This document shows, in pieces, positions 24,504 through 36,440 of a stretch of 59,711 bases of DNA. Within the stretch, counting starts at the first letter, position 1. Each line of letters starts with the position of its first letter. This DNA is from Malacoraja senta (Eukaryota): assembly GCA_038087875.1 (NCBI GenBank), contig JAXLNO010000661.1, positions 1-59,711 of the forward strand. Reading direction: 5' to 3'. The notes beneath the pieces were generated by a model. That model was not told the DNA's origin and searched no databases. It saw only the letters and a program-made list of their open reading frames with translations. A program made the translations under genes and the position numbers.

Positions 24504-25115
24504 ATGAAGATTTCGTGTTGGTGGGTCGTGTGTTGGGTGGTTACCCAACTGGTGAGTAATATAACATGCATAAAAATCACAATAACAAAGAATAGAAGGT
24601 CCACCACCATCCCATTTGCTGTATGTAAAGGAAAATGGTGGTGCGGCTATATAATGTATGTATGCACGCATCCCTGTAAAGATTGGCACTACCAGTCCTC
24701 TTGGGGAGGAGGGGTTTGGGTGCTATACAAGAAATAACCCAAAGGGACAGGACATGGGGATGGTGCTCAACTGCAATCAGACGTATAACATTGTAGAACT
24801 CAATGAAGGAAGCCAACGACAAAAGAGAGGGGTGAAAGGATCATTCGACACACACATATATATAGATGCGATAGGGGTACCAAGAGAGGTACCCGATGAA
24901 TTCAAAGCCAGAAACCAGATAGCTGCGGGCTTTGAGTCCATAATCTTCTGGTGGTCCACAATTAATAAAAATGTGGACTGGATCAACTACCTATACTACA
25001 ATCAACAAAGCTTTATAAAATACACTCGAGATGAGGTTGAAGGATTAGCGGAACAACTGACAGATACAGCCTAATGGCCTGGCAAAATCGCATGGCCTTA
25101 GACATGCTACTGGCT
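24504..25115 (+). pseudogene. env: ERV env remnant (gamma-type, PABLB-like TM)
   Basis: Hydrophobic signal peptide, furin site RQKR, IDAIGVPREVPDEFKARNQIAAGFES, immunosuppressive domain QNRMALDMLLA. SU largely deleted, frameshifted and truncated by an insertion. Confidence 0.88.
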
Positions 25116-25480
25116 GGAAGGTTCGAGCAGCCCCGACGCGAGGTTCGATCGCCCGGCGCGAGGGAGCTGACATCCCCCCGATGCGGGAGCTTGATCGCCT
25201 CAGCACGGAGGGCCCGAGCGCCGCTGGCTACGGGTGTCAAGATCGTTCTATCAACTGAGGCTCGAGGCCCACGACCGAGGAAGAACAAAGGGAAGGATTT
25301 GAACTTTATATCGCCTTCCATCACAGTGAGGAATGTGTAGGAGTCACTGCGGTGAATGTTCATGTTAAAATGTGTTTTTGGGTGATCTGTTACTTTTAAT
25401 TGTATGACTGACCTGGCCAATAAAATTCCTCGTATGTTGCAAAACATACTTGGCAAATAAAGTGTGGTTCTGATTCTGAT
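25116..25480 (+). mobile_element. Non-autonomous non-LTR (SINE-like) element, 3' part
   Basis: CpG-rich body, AATAAA and (tctgat)n tail; interrupts env. Confidence 0.55.
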
Positions 25481-27205
25481 TTATTTCTCATACCAGGGTT
25501 CATACACTTGGAACAGCTATAAATTCAAGGGCTTTCAAGGTCCAAAAATCCCATTTCCAAGGACCAAAATTCAGTAAACATTGATGGTTTATCGGAGGCG
25601 TATATCAATTGCTTGGTATTGGATGATTTGATTCTGTACCAAATAACAGCAAGTAAGAAGGTTGGCTGGTCGCCATGTAAGATTTGATTCAAAATCATGT
25701 TTCGCACACCTCTGGTACAAAGAACACAGCAGAAAAATCAACTTTCAACTCAAAGTTCCTTCGAAGTTATGAACCATTGATATAGCTCGAAAAATTGCCA
25801 AAGGCCTATTGGAATTTGGAGTTGAGACCTTGTTTTCTGTTGTGTTACTTGTGTGCTCTGATATACAGGCACTGATTTTCAGGGAAATCTGAGAAGGTGA
25901 TCAGTCAATCCATTGGTCCATGTTGCACAGAATGACACTAAACTACATAATAATTAATTACACACAATAAATATAATAATAATAATAATAATAAACTTTA
26001 TTTCAGACTCAATGCCCAGACAAGGGGCAACATTACATAAAAATACATTGCATATTTAAAAATATCATAAAGTACATATAAAATCTTAGTATATCACTTA
26101 TAAACGCATCATAAATTATATATTAAGAAAAAACAACACAATACATGAATTAAAATCCAGAATAAAAGAATGATCAATGTCCTACAACGAGACAACGATA
26201 CCAGTGTCCCCACAACTGGGATTCGTAGCGTGTAGCTAAACCTTATGTTTGACAAGGCCACAATAATTACATTTTTAGAGTCATTTATCCTGCAAATGAA
26301 TTTATACATATGATTTCTTAGGATAGCTTCTAAAGGACTGACTCCTGCAGCCGCAAACATGTTACTAGCATTACACCATCTAGGTTTCCTTAGTAGTGTT
26401 CTCATGGCATCATTATATGACACCTTTAGTCTCTGCAAACTTGTCTTTCCATAGTTCGACCACAGGTGCGCAGTATAGAGTGGTGTGCAGTATGCTCTAA
26501 ATAGCGACATCTTAACCACATCTGCACACGCACCAAACTTACTCAAGAGAATATCATCCTGTATATACAGCATGCGTTGTTGCCTATCACCTCATCATCT
26601 GTCGTTTGTTCTGTAATAAAATGCCCTAGATATTTTACCTTATTACAGACACTAAGATTATTGTCAGACAACTAAGAATCAGGAAATTTTAGACATTTAT
26701 CCTCTTTGGTTCTACAGATCATAACAGCACTCTTACCAGCATTATATTTAATATCATGTTCCACACCATACACAGAACATATAGTAAGGAGCTGCTGTAG
26801 ACCAGCGCTAGATGGACTAAAGACCACAAGATCATCTGCATACATAATAAGGTTCACTAAAATATTACCAATCGTGCACCCAGTATTACAGGCTTTCAAT
26901 TGTTTGGACAGATCGTCATTATAAAGATTAAAAAGGACTGGGGACAAAATCCCCCCTTGTCTAACACCATTGCTAACCCCAAATGGGGCTGAGACCCTAT
27001 TACCCCATTTTATTTGCATAGTCTGGTGGGCATACCAGTAGGCCAGAATTCTCACAATGTATTTAGGCACCCCTCTTTGACTCATTTTAACAATCAGCTT
27101 TCTGTGATTAACACGATCAAAGGCTTTGGAAGCATCAATAAAGCACATAAGGATTGAAGAGTTTTTGCCTCAATATTTGTTTACAATCTCCTTTAGGGCA
27201 TATAT

Positions 27206-28070
27206 GATGGCAGATGGAGTTTAATGCTGACAAATGTGAGGTGCTACATCTCGGCAGGACAAATCAAAATAGGACGTACACGGTAAATGGTAGCGAATTG
27301 AGGAATGCAGTTGAACAGAGGGATCTAGGAATAACTGTGCATAGTTCCCTGAAGGTGGAATATCATGTAGATAGGGTGGTAAAGAAAGCTTTTGGTGTGC
27401 TGGCCTTTATAAATCAGAGCATTGAATATAGAAGTTGGGATGTAATGTTAAAATTGTACAAGGCATTGGTGAGGCCAATTCTGGAGTATGGAGTACAATT
27501 TTGGTCGCCTAATTATAGGAAGGATGTCAACAAAATAGAGAGAGTACAGAGGAGATTTACTAGAATGTTGCCTGGGTTTCAGCAACTAAGTTACAGAGAA
27601 AGGTTGAACAAGTTAGGTCTTTATCCTTTGGAGCGCAGAAGGTTAAGAGGGGACTTGATAGAGGTCTTTAAAATTATGAGCGGGTTAGACAGAGTGGACG
27701 TGGATAAGCTTTTCCCATTGAGAGTAGGGAAGATTCAAACAAGGGGACATGACTTGAGAATTAAGGGACAGAAGTTTAGGGGGAACATTAGGGGGAACTT
27801 CTTTACTCAGAGAGTGGTAGCTGTGTGGAATGAGCTTCCAGTGGAAGTGGTGGAGGCAGGTTCGATGTTATCCTTTAAAAATAGATTGGATGGGTATATG
27901 GACGGGAAAGGAATGGAGGGTTATGGTCTGAGTGCAGGTAGATGAGACTAGGGGGAAGTATTTATTTTTAATTTAAAAAAAAAATTAAAAAAAATTTAAA
28001 TGTTCGGCACGGACTTGAAGGGCCGAGATGGCCTGTTTCCGTGCTGTTATGGTTATATGGTTATATGGTT
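27206..28070 (+). mobile_element. HER1/CR1-like LINE, 5'-truncated
   Basis: Open ORF2 C-terminus at 27214-27945; (ggttatat)n tail. Confidence 0.93.
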
Positions 28071-28280
28071 AAAGCTATGGGCCTGTAATTATTTAGGCTG
28101 CCTACTTTACCAGCTTTGTCCTTAATGACCGGCACTAACAGAACAGACAACATTGAGTCTGGTAACAAGCCATGAATCATAAAGCCAGTAAAACAAATAG
28201 CAAGGAGAGGAGCTATCGTCATACTCGCATACTTAAGATGTTCAGCAGAAATATGATGCAAGCCTCTTGCTTTGTTGTTG

Positions 28281-30199
28281 GACAGCTTGTTCATGGCATG
28301 AGAGGGGGCGCTGTCGTATACGGCTGCAAGTCCTGCAGCTGTCCGTTTTTTTCACTTCTTTTTTTAATTATTTTTAGTACGTTAAAATGTGTAGTTGTTG
28401 GTCTAATCTTTTTATGTGTGGGGTGGGGGGGAAGGGGTTAACTGCTTTTTCTAGTCTCGACCTGGTCGGAGAGGCTGCCTTCCTCCGAGCAGCACCTTCG
28501 ACCAGCCCTCGAGGCCTACCAGCGGGGCCTGGAGTGGCGTTTCCTGAGAGAACCTGACCAGAACCACGGCTTCAGCGGCGGCACAGCGCTGGAGCGCTAT
28601 CGCGGAGTGGGCGATGCCTTGCCTGGGTCGCCGCGCTGGAACTCCGGTATGCTGGGATCTGCCGATTGAACATCGTGGTGCTGCAGGTCTGTGGAGCGGT
28701 CAGTCGCGGGCAGCGGCGCTGACTTTGAACATCGGGAGACTGGGATCTCTCGCCGAGGTCACCAGGGGTGGAGCTCCGTCCAGCGCGGCCTGTTGGCTTT
28801 GGAAGCCGTGGTCTCCAGTAAGGAGGAGGCCGTTCCAGGCATCCCAAGCCGATGACAGGAATCTCCCGACGCTGGAGCACCATCACCCGGCGAGAGGGCC
28901 CGAAGCATCGGGCCACCGTATCGGCGACTGTGGAGGCCTCATTAGGCCCGACTATGGGTGGACAAGAGGATGGGGACTCGACTTTGTACCTTCCCTCACA
29001 GTGGGAACCATTGTAGTAGCAATGTTACAAAATTTTGAGATTTAAAAAATAAAGTCTGCAATTTATCCCATCAGAGAAAGCATAAAAAGAAGTTTAATTT
29101 GACACCTAATTCACTTTCATATCTTCAGTATTAAAGAAGTTATGGCCATTTTCATACTCGGAAATTAGCATCTTGTTCCCTATTGCTTTTCCATTGACTT
29201 AACAGAAAAGCTGTGATCGAGGACAGTTAAAAGCCCATAACTTTCTTAAAAATTAAGATAACTGAAAGAAATGTTCATTTATTATAGATTGAAGCATTCT
29301 GAAACAAATATGAAACAATCTTACTTAGAAGACATGAAAGTAAAGCATATAATTAGTTAGTTACCTAATTGTAGCTAATTACAAAATTCAATTAATAGAT
29401 CTAAACATCTATCAATTTCTTAAGAATAGATTAACATTTTTAAATAGCCTAAGTGTCCAAATAACATTCACACAATAATTCACAATATAATTTTTAAATC
29501 TCATTTTCATGAATTTACAGGCCAAATGAAAGGAATTGAATGTTTAATACCTGTAAATTAATGGGCATTTAAATCATCTTGTGAGTGAGGATTTCTGGAT
29601 CGCGATCTTTTGGAACGTTGATTTGCGGTGAATTTAACCCCGTATTGGCATGAAAAATACTGCCGTTAATTCGGGGAATAAAATCACCGTGTCGAATGAA
29701 AAAATGTGAATTAAAGGCTTCTTAAGAAGCACTTTTATACATTTAAATAGACCACTTTCGTTTACCTGTCCCGTGTGTGAAATCCGTCCCCGTTATCGGC
29801 GTTGACGCTTCAGGAGCTGATTTTAAAATTACTCCAGCGCTGACATTGACGATTTAATAAAAATAAAAAATACACAAAATGCCACTAGGAACGATTCTTC
29901 AGCCAAGGCTTGTATTCCAACAAAATATTAACCAGGACAAGGGAGGAGAAACCCGCGTTTTAATCCCGCCCCCCCTTAAAGGCGCCAAAATCGCGCACAC
30001 GGCCAGTGGCAGAATTACAGCGCGACTGAAGGTAAGTTTTGTAACATACCTAATTGTAGGGGGGATGTTTTTATGTTTTAATGTTAAACTTCTTCTTTAA
30101 TGCTATGTTGTACTTTTATTAGTGTGCTGCAAGGACATCTGATTTCCCCCTGAAAATGGGATTAATAAAGTATTTACTATTATCATTATTATTATTATT
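28281..30199 (+). mobile_element. Non-autonomous retroposon with CpG-rich body and Rex1-like 3' end, split by a TIR element
   Basis: Interrupts the RTE-group LINE; ends in gatttcccc...gggattaataaagta plus (att)n. Confidence 0.55.
29017..30052. mobile_element. About 1-kb non-autonomous TIR DNA transposon (copy 1)
   Basis: TAGCAATGTTACAAAA...TTTTGTAACATACCTA, flanked by a duplicated ATTGTAG. Confidence 0.85.
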
Positions 30200-30579
30200 A
30201 TGTGACATAATCACCATTGAGTCACTACTCTCAATATTGTCCACCCTATACAAGTCACCTTGGACACAGTTGAATAAAGTACTATAATGTTGTTGCCATA
30301 ACTCCGCGATATTAGCTGTTCCGGAGATTCCATCGGCAGTGCATGGTAGAGATGTTTTGCAACTGTTAAGAGCTCTCACTTCTTTCCAAAAATCTGTAGC
30401 CTTGTTACTTAGCAGCTTCTTAGCCATGGAATCAGCACTCATAGCTTGCTCATTTTTACAGGTGAAGCGAACACAAGATGGTTAACTTATCTATATTCGT
30501 ACTTCAATAGAGCACCGATGGTCCATTTTCTCATCTCTTAGTTGTTCAATCTGAAACCATGATAATGGAAAACACTTTG

Positions 30580-30712
30580 CTTTTCAACCAGTCCCTGCAA
30601 ACCTGTACTGCCCCTGCCTGCTTCAAGGTCCCCACTATTGTCCCTGTACCCAAAAAGACAAGGATTGCTGGTCTTAAAGACTACAGGCCTGTCGCACTGA
30701 CCTCTAGTCATC
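30580..30712 (+). mobile_element. Rex1/Babar LINE RT fragment
   Basis: [24 protein letters not shown]...DYRPVALTS. Confidence 0.75.
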
Positions 30713-31237
30713 AGGCGTGAGACAGGAAAATAATGAAAAACGAGGGAGAGATTGGGGTCCAGAAAATGTTGGTAATAGTACCTTGAAATTACACCATTTT
30801 CTTGCCTATTTAATCTATACTGTAATTTATTGTACCTTAAAATAACACATTTTACTCTCTTGTCACTTCTTAATTTACACACAAAATGTGATAATCATAC
30901 CTTAAAATGACACCAACTCCTTGCTTGTTTACACTTAAGTCATATTGAAAATATTTTATATTACACCTCTACCTCCTTGTAACATGATACATGTTCCTTA
31001 CTTGTTTACTCTAATTAGAGAGGTATCCTTTACACAGGACATTTTTGATAATTGTTTGATAATGATACCTTGAAATGACACAATTTTCTTGCTTGTTTAC
31101 CCTTAGTCCACACTGTAATTTTGTTTAAATTATACCTTACGGTATACGACTTACAAGGACCTATGATAAATCCCTGGAGTTTCAGGGCCTTGAAACAGTT
31201 TCAAATTCCTGGACTTTCAAGGACTGTAGGACCCCTG

Positions 31238-32376
<1,139 letters not shown>

Positions 32377-32593
32377 CGAAGCTCAGCCCGCACACCGAGC
32401 AGATGGGGGAGGAGGGGTCTCACCGGCACCCTGGCTATCCTCAATCGCCGCTCATGTGTCCGTCTCTCCGTCCACAGCAACGGCTCCTAAACCCTGCGGG
32501 AGGAGAACACAGAGGGTCAACAAGCTGGCAAACAGGACATTACTAGCACATATTGGCTGCATTTATGGCGGAGGAAACTGTTATAAAATTCTG

Positions 32594-32921
32594 TGCGGTA
32601 CAGTTGGGCAGTGGGACAGCTGCTGCCTCACCGCCAGACAGGGTTCGATCCTGACTATGGGTGCTGTCTGTGTGGAGTTTGTATGTGCCTTGATCTGCCT
32701 GGGTATCACCTTGACCTGCGTGGGTTTTTACTGTGGGTGCTCCGGTTTTCTCCACATTTCAAAGACATTCAGGTTTATAGATTAATCAGACCTCTGCAAA
32801 ATTGTTAAATAGTCCCTAATGTGCGTAGGATAGTGCTAGTGTACGGGGTGATCGCTGGTCGGCGCGGACTCCGCGGGCCGAAAGACCTGTTTCCGCGCTG
32901 CATCTCTAAACTAAACTAAAC
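32594..32921 (+). mobile_element. HE1-like tRNA-derived SINE
   Basis: B-box-like ggttcgatcc, V-SINE core tgtgtggagtttg...gggtgctccggttt, LINE-derived 3' end and (ctaaa)n tail. Confidence 0.85.
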
Positions 32922-33011
32922 CAAAGAAAGGTCTCAACCCAAAATGTCACCCATTCATTCTCTCCACAGATGCTGCCCGTCCTTCTGAGTTACTTCAGCA
33001 CTTTCTCACAA

Positions 33012-33455
33012 AGTCATAGTGATATAGTGTGGAAAAAGGCCCTTCGGCCAAACTCGCCCACACCGACCAATATGTCCGAGCTACACTAGTCCCACCTGCC
33101 TGCACTTGGTTCATATCACTCCAAACTTGTCCTGTCCACGTACCTGTCTGTTTTTTAAACGTTGGGTTAGTCCCAGCCTCAACTACCCCCCATGGCAGCT
33201 TGTTCCATACACCCACCGACCTTTGTGTGAAAAGGTTACCCCTCAAATTCCTATTAAACCTTTCACCCCTCACCTTAAACCTATGTCCTCTGGTCCTCGA
33301 TTCCCCCACTCTGGGCAAGAGACTTTGTTTGTCTAGCCGATCTATTCCTCTCATGAATTTATACACCTCTATAAGATCACCCCTCATCCTCCTGCGCTCC
33401 AAGGATTAAAGGCCCAGCCTACTCAACCTCTCCCTGTAGCTCACACCTTCTAGTC
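33012..33455 (-). mobile_element. CR1-clade LINE 3' fragment (different subfamily)
   Basis: ERRRMRGDLIEVYKFMRGIDR...TRGHRFKVRG. Confidence 0.88.
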
Positions 33456-33903
33456 CAGTGCTTCTTAAACTGGTGAATGGTTCACCCAAGGGTGAATGAA
33501 NNNNNNNNNNNNNNNNNNNNNNNNNNNNNNNNNNNNNNNNNNNNNNNNNNNNNNNNNNNNNNNNNNNNNNNNNNNNNNNNNNNNNNNNNNNNNNNNNNNN
33601 NNNNNNNNNNNNNNNNNNNNNNNNNNNNNNNNNNNNNNNNNNNNNNNNNNNNNNNNNNNNNNNNNNNNNNNNNNNNNNNNNNNNNNNNNNNNNNNNNNNN
33701 ATGGTTCACCCAAGGGTGAATGAAATTATTTTGCGATGAATTAAACTGCAGGGATGATTGAAGGGTGAATGACTTAAATGTATTCCGATATTATACCCGA
33801 GGGAAATAAGTTGAAAATTACCAACTAAACATAAGAAAATGTAGTCGAGGGTGAATGAAATGTTGTGATAAGGGAGAATGACACGGAAATAGTTTAAGCA
33901 CTG
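33456..33903. mobile_element. hAT-like MITE spanning the assembly gap
   Basis: CAGTGCTTCTTAAACT...AGTTTAAGCACTG; 8-bp flanks ttctagtc and ctcttgtc (6/8 match). Confidence 0.65.
33501..33700. other. Assembly gap (200 N)
   Basis: Run of N; the same 24-mer lies on both sides. Confidence 1.
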
Positions 33904-34329
33904 CTCTTGTCCTTTGTGTCTAACTTCAAAACAGATGCTGCCTGACCCTCCCCTCCATCCTTCTCCAGCTCCCTCCTCCTTTACTCCCACACTGCCCCCT
34001 CTCTACCCTCCCCCATTCCACACCCCCCTCCCATCTCCACTCCACTGCCCCTCCCCTCATCTCCACTTCCCTTTCCCCTGCACTCCCCCCTCCCTCCCAC
34101 CTCTCCCCTCCCCCTTCCTGCCATACCTCTCCCCGCCCACTCCTCCTCCCCCGTGAAGCGGGTCCGGTTCTCCCTGAGGGGGGGGGAGGGGAGGAAGGTG
34201 GAAGCGAGAGGGGGCGGGGAGGCTACAGGAGGAGAGATGAGGGAGGCGTGAGGGGGTGTGGGAGGGAGGGGAATGTGACGGGAGGGGGGTGAGTGGTTTG
34301 CCGGGTAGGAGGGTTGAGGGCGAGGGGGG

Positions 34330-35134
34330 AAACGAACACCTCGTCCACCCCGGCGGACGCTGCGCCACCATCAGCCCCTGAGTGAGTGAGTGAGTGAGTG
34401 AGCCGGTGGTGTCTGTCTGTCTGTCTGTCTGTCTATCCCGGGCCCGGCTTCAACATCCCCGACACTGATTGCGCTCCAAGCGCCGACCCCAGCGGGATGA
34501 CGTCACGGCGCGGGCGGTCAGTGAGTGTTTGTTTGTCTCCCGGTGCGAGACCGGAGCCGCCCCCGCCCGCCCGCCCTGCGCGGTGACGTCATCCAGCCCG
34601 CCCAGCGCCGTGACGTCACCCCGCCCGCCCTGCGCCGTGACGTCACCCCGCCCGCCCAGCACCCGATCCCCAGCAAAGATATTGCTCAACATCTTTGGTG
34701 AAGGAGCCGGCGGATGGATGGATGATCCTCCAGGCCGGTCCTCCAGGCGGGCGCGCGGATCACAGATGGTCCTCCAGCACAGGCGGGGTGAGCCGAGCGC
34801 CGATGGTCCTGAGAGAGAGCGAGTGAGAGATGGTGGAGACGTGAAGCCGCCGCACGGACCTGGAACCGTCACCATCGGGGATCCGCGTCTGATTAACCGT
34901 TGCTGCACCGCCCCGCCCACACTGCGCCGTGACGTCAGCTCGCCCCGCCCACCATGCGCCGTGACGTCCGCCCGCCCCGCCCACCCTGCGCCGTGACGTC
35001 TTCTCGCCCCGCCCACCCTGCGCCGTGACGTGCCCGCCAGTGCGAGGCCGTTGCTTCAGCCGGAAGCTGCAAGATGGCGGTTTGTTTTTAAATGTGAAGG
35101 CGGACACAGAATGTCGGCGGCGAATGTGACGTAG

Positions 35135-35135
<1 letters not shown>
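34330..35135. promoter_or_regulatory. CpG-island promoter with tandem CRE/GC-box units, ETS and YY1 motifs; probably drives the ZNF gene(s)
   Basis: TGACGTCA at 34498, 34584, 34611, 34638 and 34930; TGACGT at 34962, 34994 and 35026; CCCGCCC boxes; CCGGAAG at 35060; AAGATGGCGG at 35071. Confidence 0.8.
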
Positions 35136-35183
<48 letters not shown>

Positions 35184-35302
35184 GAGACAGAGAGACAGAG
35201 AGAGAGAGAGAGAGAGACAGAGAGACAGAGAGAGAGAGAGAGAGAGACAGAGAGACAGAGAGAGAGAGAGACAGAGACAGAGAGAGAGAGAGAGAGAGAG
35301 AC
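35134..35302. repeat. (GA)n microsatellite
   Basis: Read directly; further GA tracts at 35436-35470, 41500-41826 and 46150-46285. Confidence 0.95.
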
Positions 35303-35554
35303 AGTGGAGACAAGAGAAGAAGAAGAAGCAGCGACAGGGCGGCGGCGGCGGCTTCAGCTTCACTCACGGATCATGATGGTGATGATGAAGGTAAAATGCT
35401 GCAGACACTTGGTCATAGAGTGATCATAGAGTGTGGAGAGAGAGAGAGAGAGAGAGAGGGACAGAGAGAAAGCAATCAATAAAGGGCTATAGGTCTATTG
35501 CGAGTTTATATACAGGGACATATCTATCCATGCATTGTGTACTTGTAAACAGTG

Positions 35555-36392
35555 TAGCAATGTTACAAAATGTATGGATTTTAAAAATCAAGTCTGCAAT
35601 TTATCCCATCAGATAAAGCATAAAAATAAGTTTAATAGTAAGATTAAACGAGAACTTACCAGTTTGAAGTTTGATCTGTATTTTATGAGGAGTTACGATG
35701 AGGGATTACGTGAAGACCCCGTCCAGCACGCATGCGCGACATTCTTCAAAGCAGCGGTGTGGAATCACAGGAAACACAATAATTGAAATAAACATAGTAA
35801 AGAAAAGGAGAACTAAGATACCTGTTGATCTATTTATTTGAGGGTGGGAGCGGAGGGCACGTAATCCCTCATCGTAACTCCTCATAAAATACAGATCAAA
35901 CTTCAAACTGGTAAGTTCTCGTTTAATCTTACTATTTTACTTCGGAGTCACGTGAGTGACTACGTGAAGATTTTAAAGCTCTGTGATTTCAAACCGTGTA
36001 ACAGTTCATACTACTTCACTCGCTGCCGAAGTCATTCAAGGAGGAAGTATGTTATCGTAATCAACCATAATCTGTTTGTAAACAATATTGGTATCTATTA
36101 AACAATAACAAAAGACAAAATGCTCCCCCGGGCTTAAATTATATATTTTTGCAGATTTTAAAACTCTTTCTGCAAATAACACAGGTTCTGCTAGCGGCTT
36201 GTGGTAGAACGTTTGGAACGTTTTCTCCATGTTCATTCTTTTAGCCGCCGATGTGGATGCTGCCCTGGTGGAGTGAGATGTATATACATCAGTATCTACT
36301 CCAGCAGCTCCCAGTACCTGCTTGAGCCATCTCGAGATGGTTTGGCTCGACACCCAACCATGAGGTTTCTTGTGGCTGACCCATAAGGCTTT

Positions 36393-36440
<48 letters not shown>

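Larger units (their letters stand above)
25972..30472 (-). mobile_element. RTE-group LINE (Proto2/RTE-X-like) in three pieces: 25972-27205, 28071-28280, 30200-30472
   Basis: RT motifs CFIDASKAFDRVNH, NGVRQGGILSP, YADD and NYRPIAL; 3' AATAAA plus (att)n tail. Confidence 0.85.
25494..31237. mobile_element. Putative non-autonomous TIR DNA transposon hosting nested LINEs
   Basis: Termini CAGGGTTCATACAC and CTGTAGGACCCCTG (11/14 inverted match) with shared subterminal ttcaagg(a/g)ctttcaagg-like repeats at both ends; no TSD. Confidence 0.45.

Noticed and set aside
24504..25115. Domesticated syncytin-like env
   Set aside because: Frameshifted, SU mostly deleted, and truncated before the CX6CC motif and membrane anchor.
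34450..35016. 175-188-aa ORFs in the CpG island
   Set aside because: GC-rich tandem promoter modules with no recognisable domain.
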